This document shows positions 17,679-25,477 of a DNA stretch of 64,000 nucleotides, piece after piece. Both the position numbers and the translations under genes were made by a program. Within the stretch, counting starts at the first letter, position 1, and the number at the start of each line of letters is the position of its first letter. Where the stretch lies: contig CAWFYV010000003.1 of assembly GCA_963820185.1 (NCBI GenBank), positions 365,706 to 429,705 on the forward strand, given 5' to 3'. The notes below the pieces were generated by a model. That model was not told the origin of the DNA, made no database searches, and saw only the letters and a program-made list of their open reading frames with translations. The DNA comes from Vulcanimicrobiota bacterium. GTDB taxonomy: Bacteria > Vulcanimicrobiota > Vulcanimicrobiia > Vulcanimicrobiales > Vulcanimicrobiaceae.

Positions 17679-18693
17679 GGGCTTCTCCCAACATATCGGC
17701 GGTTTGCCCGAGCGCCTCTAGGGAGCCCAGGTACGAAACCGGCTCCCGGCCTTGGCGCAGCAGCCGTTCCAGCGCATCCTCGGCCGCGATCGCGGCCCGG
17801 GTCGGTTCGTCTACCGGTTCTATACCAAGCGAGCGGGCGTCAGCGCAGTGCTCCAGGCGTGCGAGGGCGGCGCGAACGCTTGCGGCGGCGCGCCGGTGCC
17901 CGCAGCCCGCTACCGCGTCCATCGTTCGGCTCGCGCTCGCGAGCACATCGATCGCTGGGAAGCGGCCGGCCTGGGCCAGGCGCGGAGCAAGCTGAAGATG
18001 ACCATCGAGCAGCGAGCGCGCGCACTCGCTCACCGGGTCGTGATCCTCGCCATCGTTGAGGACGGTGACAAGCATCGTGATCGAACCCATAGCCAACGCG
18101 CCGGCACGTTCAACCAGGCGCGCCACGCGTGCAAAGACGCTCGGCGGATAGCCACCGCGACCAACGCTCTCGCCGCCACGCACCGCGATTTCGCGAAGGG
18201 CGTATGTATAACGCGCGAGGCTATCGAGCACGACGAGCACGTGCAAGCCTCGCGACGCGAGCGCGCACGCTTGTGCCATTACGAGTTCCGCCGCGTGTAC
18301 GCGCTCCTCGGCGCTGCGATCGCTCGTCGCGCAGATCACGGTGGTGCGCTCGTCGCGTGCGGCGATCCAACGCTGTGCCTCGCGTCCACGCTCGCCGATC
18401 AGCCCGATAACGACCGCGTCGGTACGCGCGCCCGCAACGATCGTTTCGAGTAACGTTGATTTGCCTGCGCCGGGCGCACCAAAGATGCCGACGCGAGCGC
18501 CGCGACCGATCGTCAACAACGTGTCGACACAGCGCACGCCCGTCCAAAGCGGCTCGAGGATTGCGCGCCGCTGCGACGGCAGCGGCGCGGGCGCGTCGAC
18601 GCGAACGCGCACACCGTCGATCGGGTTCCCTCCGTCGAGCGGAGTACCGGAGACATCGAGCGCGCGTCCGAGTGCCGCCGTTCCTAACATCAT
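17662..18693 (-). CDS. fliI: flagellar/type III ATPase FliI (SctN family), lacking the N-terminal beta-barrel domain
   Basis: Walker A GIFGAPGAGKSTLL, Walker B LVVLDSLARY, GSITMLVTVL, RFPAIDVLASASR. ATG at 18693 overlaps the fliH-like stop (ATGA). The protein begins at MMLGTAALGRALDVSGTPLDG, which in canonical FliI follows about 90-100 aa. Confidence 0.85.
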   Translation of the reverse strand: MMLGTAALGRALDVSGTPLDGGNPIDGVRVRVDAPAPLPSQRRAILEPLWTGVRCVDTLLTIGRGARVGIFGAPGAGKSTLLETIVAGARTDAVVIGLIGERGREAQRWIAARDERTTVICATSDRSAEERVHAAELVMAQACALASRGLHVLVVLDSLARYTYALREIAVRGGESVGRGGYPPSVFARVARLVERAGALAMGSITMLVTVLNDGEDHDPVSECARSLLDGHLQLAPRLAQAGRFPAIDVLASASRTMDAVAGCGHRRAAASVRAALARLEHCADARSLGIEPVDEPTRAAIAAEDALERLLRQGREPVSYLGSLEALGQTADMLGEAHGYNV

Positions 18694-19106
18694 CGCAGGG
18701 CGCCCTCCGCAAGCAAATGCGACAACGGCACGCGTAACTGCGCGCCCAAAGAGCCACAGCGCAGTTCGATCACCGCGTCTTCCTGGCACAGCTGCTCATC
18801 GGCGACGAGCGGAAGACCAATGCCTTGCGCCGCTGCCATGCGTGAAGGATGCACGCGCACCGTCAACGGCGCCTTAGGTTCGCCGCGTTCGTGCACGTAA
18901 TCGAACGCATCGTCGAGCATCGCGCGAAAACGTCGAATACGCGCGCACACCTCGTCGATGAGCTCGTCTTGCGGCGCTGGCGCTTCAACCGCTTCCGGCT
19001 CCGGTTCGAGCACCTGCGGCTCTTCGATGACGGCGAACGGTTCTTCCGTAGTCGCGGGCTCGCGCAGCCAGCTTGCGAGCGACACGAATTCAACCATGTC
19101 GCGCAA
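18690..19106 (-). CDS. FliH/SctL-like ATPase regulator (short, 138 aa)
   Basis: In the fliH slot. Acidic N-half; C-terminal LTVRVHPSRMAAAQGIGLPLVADEQLCQEDAVIELRCGSLGAQLRVPLSHLL fits the FliH C-domain pattern. Confidence 0.5.
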   Translation of the reverse strand: MRDMVEFVSLASWLREPATTEEPFAVIEEPQVLEPEPEAVEAPAPQDELIDEVCARIRRFRAMLDDAFDYVHERGEPKAPLTVRVHPSRMAAAQGIGLPLVADEQLCQEDAVIELRCGSLGAQLRVPLSHLLAEGALR

Positions 19107-20562
19107 GCAATTCGTCGGCGCTGGGGATCACCGAGCCGTGGGCACGTTGCATGCGTTTGATGATTGCCTCGCGCTCGTGCGGAGGATAGAGCTCCAACAC
19201 CGCGGCCGCCGTCGCGGCCGGCAAGGCGCTGATAATCGCGGCAGCCGCGTGCGGCGGTTCCCCGGCAAGCGCACCGCGCACGCGCGCCGGCGCGTATCCG
19301 GCGACCGTTTGTGATGTGCGAGCAATCGCATCACGTTCGAGAACGCCTTTGACCAGGGCGTGTGCACTCGGAACAAGCCCGCGCCCGAGGAGCAGTAACC
19401 CTGTAACGATCGCGAGCGTCGGTAAGAGCGGCACGATTGCTCCATAGAGCAGAAACCATCCGTCGCGCTTCTGCTGCAATGCGCGATGAAAGTTCACCGC
19501 CTGAACGGTGAGTTCGTCCCCCCGGCGCGGATCGTACCCCACGGTCGCGGCTGCCAGCTCGCGGACTTTCGCGAGATCGGCGCCGCGCTCGGCATCGACA
19601 AAGACTGCGGTCGAGACGCGCGCGAGTGCGCCCGGCTCAGCGTGCGTCACACTTTCCTGTGTCACGCTTCCGCGATCGTCGTGCACGTCGTTCTTTGCGT
19701 ACTTTTTGCCGGCGCCCTCATATGATTCACTCGCGGTCGTGCGCTCGATGGGATTGCCGGCGACCGGCGCGCGGCGTGTATCGCGCTCTTCCGAAGTAAC
19801 ACGGGTGTACTCGTCGTGCACGCGAACGATCGTCACCCCCGTGCCGAGCGCGGCGTCCAGTGCGGACTGCAGCGAGTGCTCGAGCGTGCCGGGGTCATCG
19901 TCCCCGCCGCCATTCTCTCCGAGTGCAACGCCGCGATCGTCGAGCATCGTCACATTGGTCGCCTCGAGTCCCGCGACCGAGGCTGCAACAAAACGCCGTA
20001 TACCATCCACGGCATCGCGCGAGAGCACGACTCCGGGATGTAGCTGCAGCCGCACGCTCGCGGTCGCCGAACGGGTGCTTTGGTCGGCGAACTCGGCGCT
20101 CTGCGCCGGCGCAACGATGACGTGTGCATCGTCGACACCCTCGACGCTGCGCAACGCCATCGCAATATCGCCGGCGAGCCCGCTGCGCGTCTGGGCGTCG
20201 ATGACTGCCTGCGGGGTGAGCACGCCGACGTTCGCTAACGCCTCGCTCGTCGTCTCGACATGCGCATGCGGAACGCCCGCGAGCGAAAGTCGCAGCAGCA
20301 GATCGTTGCGCCGCGACGCATCGACGGTCACGTTGTCGGCGGCGGGTGAGAACGGGACGCTCCAGGCGGCAAGTTGCTCCTGTACTTCGGTAAGCTGTTC
20401 CGCGTGCAGTGGGCTCGCAAACAGTGGCACGCGGTCGGGATGTCCGACGATCGTTGCAACCAGTGCGAACGCGGCAAGCAATCCGAAGACGGCAAGGGCG
20501 ATAATGCGCATCGATGCCGGGAGAGTACGCAACCTGGCAAGCAGCGGCCGCAAGTGGACCAT
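19090..20562 (-). CDS. fliF: flagellar MS-ring protein FliF (SctJ family) with FliG-N-like C-terminal tail
   Basis: 490 aa. N-terminal TM, YscJ/FliF periplasmic repeats (LFASPLHAEQLTEVQEQLAAWSVPFS..., LRSVEGVDDAHVIVAP), second TM WFLLYGAIVPLLPTLAIVTGLLLL, then cytoplasmic EPPHAAAAIISALPAATAAAVLELYPPHEREAIIKRMQ. Confidence 0.8.
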   Translation of the reverse strand: MVHLRPLLARLRTLPASMRIIALAVFGLLAAFALVATIVGHPDRVPLFASPLHAEQLTEVQEQLAAWSVPFSPAADNVTVDASRRNDLLLRLSLAGVPHAHVETTSEALANVGVLTPQAVIDAQTRSGLAGDIAMALRSVEGVDDAHVIVAPAQSAEFADQSTRSATASVRLQLHPGVVLSRDAVDGIRRFVAASVAGLEATNVTMLDDRGVALGENGGGDDDPGTLEHSLQSALDAALGTGVTIVRVHDEYTRVTSEERDTRRAPVAGNPIERTTASESYEGAGKKYAKNDVHDDRGSVTQESVTHAEPGALARVSTAVFVDAERGADLAKVRELAAATVGYDPRRGDELTVQAVNFHRALQQKRDGWFLLYGAIVPLLPTLAIVTGLLLLGRGLVPSAHALVKGVLERDAIARTSQTVAGYAPARVRGALAGEPPHAAAAIISALPAATAAAVLELYPPHEREAIIKRMQRAHGSVIPSADELLARHG

Positions 20563-20566
20563 AGGA

Positions 20567-20833
20567 TCAAATCTGCAGGTTTAGCAAAGACGCAATGGCT
20601 TGGGCGGCACGCTGCGCAGCCGCGGTCGCAACCGAAAGCGCAACGTCGGCCTGCGCCCGCTGGTACATCGCATCTTGTAACGAACCCGTGCCGCTAGCAT
20701 AAGCATCTTCGGCTTTGGTCGCCTGATCGAGCACCTTGCCGATCGCATCCAGGGCTTGAGCAAATCCCGTCTGGTCGCCCGGCGCGGCGGCGGTTTGCGG
20801 CGCCGTGTCGGGTTGCAATAGCTCGATCCTCAT
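20567..20833 (-). CDS. fliE: flagellar hook-basal body complex protein FliE
   Basis: 88 aa in the fliE slot. GFAQALDAIGKVLDQATKAEDAYASGTGSLQDAMYQRAQADVALSVATAAAQRAAQAIASLLNLQI fits FliE. Confidence 0.7.
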   Translation of the reverse strand: MRIELLQPDTAPQTAAAPGDQTGFAQALDAIGKVLDQATKAEDAYASGTGSLQDAMYQRAQADVALSVATAAAQRAAQAIASLLNLQI

Positions 20834-21159
20834 GCGAGCCGTCCCATGTCGATCGTGTGTTCCTCGAGTGTCTTGCCGACGTCGAAGAGCGATGCATCGG
20901 ACTCGTAGGCGCGCGACGCATTCATCACCGCGATCATCTCGGTGATCACATCGACGTTATTGCCGCGCTCCTCGCGCGTGCCGGCAAACTGCACGATCGT
21001 GTCTCCGCCTTCGCCGCTCAACGTGAACTCCGGAATCTGCCGTGAATAGCTGCCGTTAGGACCGGCTGCTTCGGCTGCGGCAACGTTGCGTGCGCACACG
21101 TCGAGCGCTGCACGTTGTGCGTCCATGGCGCTGGCGGCGCTCGCGAGCAAATCGCTCAT
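20830..21159 (-). CDS. flgC: flagellar proximal rod protein FlgC
   Basis: 109 aa (short). N-terminal MDAQRAALDVCARNVAAAEA and C-terminal NVDVITEMIAVMNASRAYESDASLFDVGKTLEE match FlgC conserved ends. Confidence 0.7.
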   Translation of the reverse strand: MSDLLASAASAMDAQRAALDVCARNVAAAEAAGPNGSYSRQIPEFTLSGEGGDTIVQFAGTREERGNNVDVITEMIAVMNASRAYESDASLFDVGKTLEEHTIDMGRLA

Positions 21160-21371
21160 TTCGTCGCCGCCTTGACTTCCTCGAGGCGTGCGTGCATTGC
21201 GCCCAGCAGCGCCTCGTCGAAAATTGCGGCTTGCGCCGTTTGCGCCATCGCGGCATCGGCCGTGCGGCCGCCTGGGTCGGCGTTGGCGCGCGCCACGCTC
21301 GCTTGCGCTTGCGCTAATCGTTCAGCAGCGGTTTGCAGTCCGCCACGCAGGGAATCGGCGACGTCGAACAT
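21156..21371 (-). CDS. small protein in the flgB slot, FlgB N-terminal-like (71 aa, truncated relative to canonical FlgB)
   Basis: ATG at 21371. AERLAQAQASVARANADPGG weakly resembles the rod N-terminal ANxxTPG motif. The upstream part of the track ORF overlaps the divergent TMEM175 gene and was discarded. Confidence 0.35.
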   Translation of the reverse strand: MFDVADSLRGGLQTAAERLAQAQASVARANADPGGRTADAAMAQTAQAAIFDEALLGAMHARLEEVKAATK

Positions 21372-21426
21372 GGCCCTACCATAGGAACGCATGATGGCCA
21401 AGGCGCAACTGCGATGTTGCGAGATT

Positions 21427-22020
21427 ATGAACAAAGGCCGATTCGAATCATTCACCGATGGCGTGTTCGCGTTCGCGATCACGCTCTTGATCTTGGGGAT
21501 CGCCTTGCCCGTGATGTCGCATCCAAGTGAGTACCAGTTACGCGGCGCGATTCTCTCCCTCTGGCCGAACTTCATCGCCTTCGCGCTCAGCTTCGCGGTG
21601 ATCGGGATCATGTGGCAGAACCACCACGCACTCTTCCGCTTCGTGGCGCGCATCGATCGCAAGACCGTCGCATTGAACTTGCTGCTGCTCTTTGGCACGG
21701 TCGTCATTCCGTTTGCCACCTCGACGATCGGCGCGTACCCAACCATGCATGCCTCGACGCTGCTCTACGGGATCGTGCTGACCTGGTGTTCGACCGCCTA
21801 CAACCTGCTGCTAAGGCACCTCATTGCGAGCGACGCGTTCGAGGGGTCGGTCACGCCGGAGCAAATCGCGCGAACGGTCGTCGCCTATCGGGTCGGTTGG
21901 GTCACCTATGTCGTTGCGACGCTGTTGGCGCTCGTGCTGCCGCTCCTCAGCTTCGCCGCGTACATCGGCGTAACGTTCTACTATTACGTGCCGCACGGCG
22001 TGGACGCCGACGTCGCGTGA
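21427..22020 (+). CDS. TMEM175/DUF1211 family potassium channel-like membrane protein
   Basis: MNKGRFESFTDGVFAFAITLLIL carries the RxxxF(S/T)D signature on TM1. Six TM helices. Confidence 0.75.
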   Translation: MNKGRFESFTDGVFAFAITLLILGIALPVMSHPSEYQLRGAILSLWPNFIAFALSFAVIGIMWQNHHALFRFVARIDRKTVALNLLLLFGTVVIPFATSTIGAYPTMHASTLLYGIVLTWCSTAYNLLLRHLIASDAFEGSVTPEQIARTVVAYRVGWVTYVVATLLALVLPLLSFAAYIGVTFYYYVPHGVDADVA

Positions 22021-22232
22021 CCGTCTTCTTCTATGGGTTCGGTCTCGCGCTCGCGCTTGCGATGGCGCTAGCGATCGGCAATGCGTGGGTGCGCAACCAT
22101 CGCAACGGCGTGTGGACGATGCCGATGGTACTCGGCTTGCTCTTCGTCGTCATCGTCGCCGGCGTCACCATCGGATGGGCGTTCGTGCAGTACTTCGCGT
22201 TCTACGCCGCGTCCGCGACCGGTCGGACTTAG
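22017..22232 (+). CDS. small membrane protein (71 aa, 2 TM), translationally coupled to the TMEM175-like gene
   Basis: GTG at 22017 overlaps the upstream TGA (GTGA). VTVFFYGFGLALALAMALAIGNAW...VLGLLFVVIVAGVTIGWAF. No homology recognised. Confidence 0.35.
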   Translation: MTVFFYGFGLALALAMALAIGNAWVRNHRNGVWTMPMVLGLLFVVIVAGVTIGWAFVQYFAFYAASATGRT

Positions 22233-25200
22233 CTCGGCGCGGCTACGGGCGCGGGTTCGCTAGGCTTGCCGTTCTTTTTCTGCTGATCCAAGTGGAATTC
22301 AGCGCGGAACTTCTCATCCGACGGCGCGACCCACATATACACGTTGGGAATCAGCAAGAGCGTGAGCACGAGCGAGCTGAGCACACCGCCGATGACCACG
22401 ATGCCCAGACTCGAACGCGAGATCGAGCCGGGATCGAGTGCGAGCGCGAGCGGTATATTGCCGGCGACGACCGAGAAGCTGGTCATGATGATCGGACGGA
22501 ATCGCGTATGCGCGCTCTCCAGGATTGCATCGAGCTTGTCCTTACCGCGCTCACGTAAGGTATTCGCATAGTCGACGAGCAGGATGCCGTTCTTGGTCGA
22601 GATGCCGATCAGCAAGATCGTGCCGATCAGCGAGAACAGGTTGAGCGTGCGATGCGTGAGCACGAGCGCACCGATCGCGCCGATGGCCGCCACGGGCACC
22701 GAGAAGATGATGATGAACGGCGAGAGATAGTCATTGTACAGCGCGACCATCAGCAAGTACACGAGGATCACCGAGATGATCATAGACGTTCCTATGCCGA
22801 CCAGCGCTTGATGCATGAAGTCCTGTTGACCGAGCGGCGCGGGCCGCACGACGATGTTTTGCGGCAAGTGCAGCGACGGAATTTTCTTCATCAGCGCGTT
22901 CTCAACGGCCGAGAGCGACGAGTTCGGGGCGACGTTGGAATCGACGTGGATCACCGTGGTGCGGTTGGTTCGCGTCATCAGCGGGGGCGTCGGCGTCGAT
23001 TCGAAGGTCGCGATGTCGCCGAGGTAGACGATCGAGCCGTTCGACGCGCGAATCGGGACATTGCGCAACAGATCGAGGTTGGTCTGATCTTGCGGCGGAT
23101 AGATCACTTGTACTTGCTCGAGGCCCGCGGTGGTTTCGAACTGCGTAGCCACGTTGCCGCCGAACGCAGCGCCGGCGGCCATCGCTGCTTGTCCGACGTC
23201 TACGCCGAGCGCTTGCGCCTTCGCACGGTTGAAGATGATCGAGATTTCAGGCGTGAGCGCAGCGCCGCTACTATTGACGCTGGTTGCGCCCTTCACCGTC
23301 TTGAGCGCGTCGAGCACCTTCTGCGCGTACGGCGTCGGATCGCCGCCGGTAAGATCGGTCACGAGCAAGTCGACCGGCTGCGCGTTTCCGCCGCCCGTGC
23401 CCGTCGAAGGAACCACAACGACCGAGACACCGTGGGGAAACGCATTCTGCGACAGCTTCTGAAATTCCGTAACCCAGTACGAGGTCGGATGCTTGCGGTT
23501 GTCTTTCAGCCAGACGTGTACTTGGCCGACGTTCTGTTGCGAAACAAAGCCGCCGAACGACGCAGCGTAGGCCCCGGCCACGGCGGTATTGGCAAAGATA
23601 TCGGGGTAGCCGAGAACCTTTTTTTCAAACGCGAAGATACCGGTTTCGACGGTCGTAAGCGGCGTGCCGATCGGATACGCAACTTGAATGAAGATCTCGC
23701 CGCGATCGGTCGCTGGGATAAACTCCTCCCCGACGACGCCGAGCGGAATCATAGAGATCGCCACGACGAATGTGACCAGACAAAAAATCGCGACGAGCTT
23801 GCCGTGCTCCATTCCCCAGGGCAGCGCACGTTGCGTGTACCACGTGCGGACCGCATCGAAACGTTGCCCGAACCACTCGACGGCCTTCCACGGCTTCCAG
23901 TGCGACTTGAGTGCCCACAGGCCGGCGAGCGTCGGCGTGACCGTAAACGAAACGAAGAGCGAGGTCAGCGTCGAGATCACCACCACGATCGCAAACTCCG
24001 AAAGCTGGCGGCCCACTTGCCCTTGGATGAACGCGATCGGAAAGAAGACCACGACGTCGACCAGGGTGATCACTACCGCCGCAGCCCCAATCTCCTCGCG
24101 TCCGCTCACCGCCGCGTCCTCAGGCTTCTGCTTGAGTTCGGTGAAATGGCGTTCGATGTTTTCCAGCACGACCGTGGAGTCGTCGACCAAAATTCCGATG
24201 ACCAACGACATGCCGAGGAGCGAGTCGGTGTCGAGCGTGAGGCCCATCAGCTTCATTGCCGTCATCGCGATTGCAAGCGAGAGCGGAATCGAGACGCACA
24301 CGACGATTGCACTGCGCCACGAGCGCAGGAAGAACACCATTGCGAGCCCGGTGAGCAAAACCGCTTCCGCGAGCGTGCGGACCACGATGTCGATCTGCTG
24401 CTCGGTGAACGTCGACTGTACGTGAATGACGCGGAAGGAAATCTCCGGGAACTGCCGCTCGACCCCCGGCAACGCGGCGATCACCGCATTGGACGCGTCG
24501 ACTTCGCTGGCTTGCGAGGTCTTCTGCATCTGGAGAAACAGCCCGGGCTTGCCGCTGATGTGGGCGATCTGGAGGCGTGGTTCGTAGCCCGAGGTGACGG
24601 TGGCGACGTCGCCGATGCGCACGACCGCATTGCTCGCGGTCCACGGATCGACTTGGCCCGGCAAACTGGCAACGCCGCCGTTGATGTTGGCAACCTGCCC
24701 GGCTTGCGCGTTGGTCTGGCTTGCGCCCGACACGACGATCGGCAGGTTGCGCACGTTCTGCAACGTGGTGATGTCACCACGCACGTCGATCGTCGTCTGG
24801 CGATTAGGCTCGTACGCAAAACCACCCGGGACGCGCTGATTGTTGGTCGAGACCGTGTTGATGACGTCGTTAAGTGTCAGGTTGTTTGCGGCGAGTTTGG
24901 CCGGATCGACCAGGATCTCGTATGCCGGCGTCACGAGACCGCCCACGTTGGCAAACGAAATACCCGGCACTTGTTCGAGCTGCGGCGCGATCACATTCTG
25001 CGCGTAGAGCGCGAGCTCGTTAATCGGCAGCTTTTCGGAGTAGAGTGCCAGCACGACCACCGTCGACTCGGTCGGATCGTAGAGATTGACGGTCGGCGGC
25101 GTGATGTTCGTCGGAAGAAGCTTCTCCGACGCCTGCACGGCCTTGTTGGTCAAAGCGAGATCGGTCGCGGTATCGGACTTGATGTCGAACACTGCGGTGA

Positions 25201-25477
25201 TTCTCGCCGAGCCTTGCTGCACGACCGAGTTGATCGTCTGCAGATCTTGCGTGCCTGCCAAATTCTGTTCGATCGGCTGGACGATCTCGTCGCGCATCTC
25301 CGTCACCGACGCGCCATTGTAGTCCACTGAGATTGTCACGGTCGGCTGACTGACGTCGGGATAGAGCTCTTTTACGATCGTGATCGTGCTCATGATCCCG
25401 GCGAACATCATGATCGCGATGATCACGAAGACCAACGTCGGCCGGTTGATAAACAGCCGCGTTAAGCTGAATTTCAC
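22229..25477 (-). CDS. RND efflux transporter permease (AcrB/HAE1-like)
   Basis: 1082 aa. FINRPTLVFVIIAIMMFAG start and 12-TM/large-loop RND architecture. Confidence 0.9.
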   Translation of the reverse strand: MKFSLTRLFINRPTLVFVIIAIMMFAGIMSTITIVKELYPDVSQPTVTISVDYNGASVTEMRDEIVQPIEQNLAGTQDLQTINSVVQQGSARITAVFDIKSDTATDLALTNKAVQASEKLLPTNITPPTVNLYDPTESTVVVLALYSEKLPINELALYAQNVIAPQLEQVPGISFANVGGLVTPAYEILVDPAKLAANNLTLNDVINTVSTNNQRVPGGFAYEPNRQTTIDVRGDITTLQNVRNLPIVVSGASQTNAQAGQVANINGGVASLPGQVDPWTASNAVVRIGDVATVTSGYEPRLQIAHISGKPGLFLQMQKTSQASEVDASNAVIAALPGVERQFPEISFRVIHVQSTFTEQQIDIVVRTLAEAVLLTGLAMVFFLRSWRSAIVVCVSIPLSLAIAMTAMKLMGLTLDTDSLLGMSLVIGILVDDSTVVLENIERHFTELKQKPEDAAVSGREEIGAAAVVITLVDVVVFFPIAFIQGQVGRQLSEFAIVVVISTLTSLFVSFTVTPTLAGLWALKSHWKPWKAVEWFGQRFDAVRTWYTQRALPWGMEHGKLVAIFCLVTFVVAISMIPLGVVGEEFIPATDRGEIFIQVAYPIGTPLTTVETGIFAFEKKVLGYPDIFANTAVAGAYAASFGGFVSQQNVGQVHVWLKDNRKHPTSYWVTEFQKLSQNAFPHGVSVVVVPSTGTGGGNAQPVDLLVTDLTGGDPTPYAQKVLDALKTVKGATSVNSSGAALTPEISIIFNRAKAQALGVDVGQAAMAAGAAFGGNVATQFETTAGLEQVQVIYPPQDQTNLDLLRNVPIRASNGSIVYLGDIATFESTPTPPLMTRTNRTTVIHVDSNVAPNSSLSAVENALMKKIPSLHLPQNIVVRPAPLGQQDFMHQALVGIGTSMIISVILVYLLMVALYNDYLSPFIIIFSVPVAAIGAIGALVLTHRTLNLFSLIGTILLIGISTKNGILLVDYANTLRERGKDKLDAILESAHTRFRPIIMTSFSVVAGNIPLALALDPGSISRSSLGIVVIGGVLSSLVLTLLLIPNVYMWVAPSDEKFRAEFHLDQQKKNGKPSEPAPVAAPS

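Noticed and set aside
5024-21371. Interpretation as a non-flagellar injectisome (virulence T3SS)
   Set aside because: There are no secretin (SctC), needle, translocon or chaperone genes. FlgB/FlgC/FliE/hook-rod family proteins and fla/che synteny point to flagellar ancestry.
22652-25330. 892-aa plus-strand ORF, and many similar long ORFs (e.g. 343..1332, 1942..2994, 7016..7828, 9080..10036, 52416..53507, 61436..62359)
   Set aside because: They lie antisense to or out of frame with clearly homologous genes. They are extremely Arg/Ala/Asp/His-rich with no recognisable motifs, which is typical of shadow ORFs in high-GC DNA.
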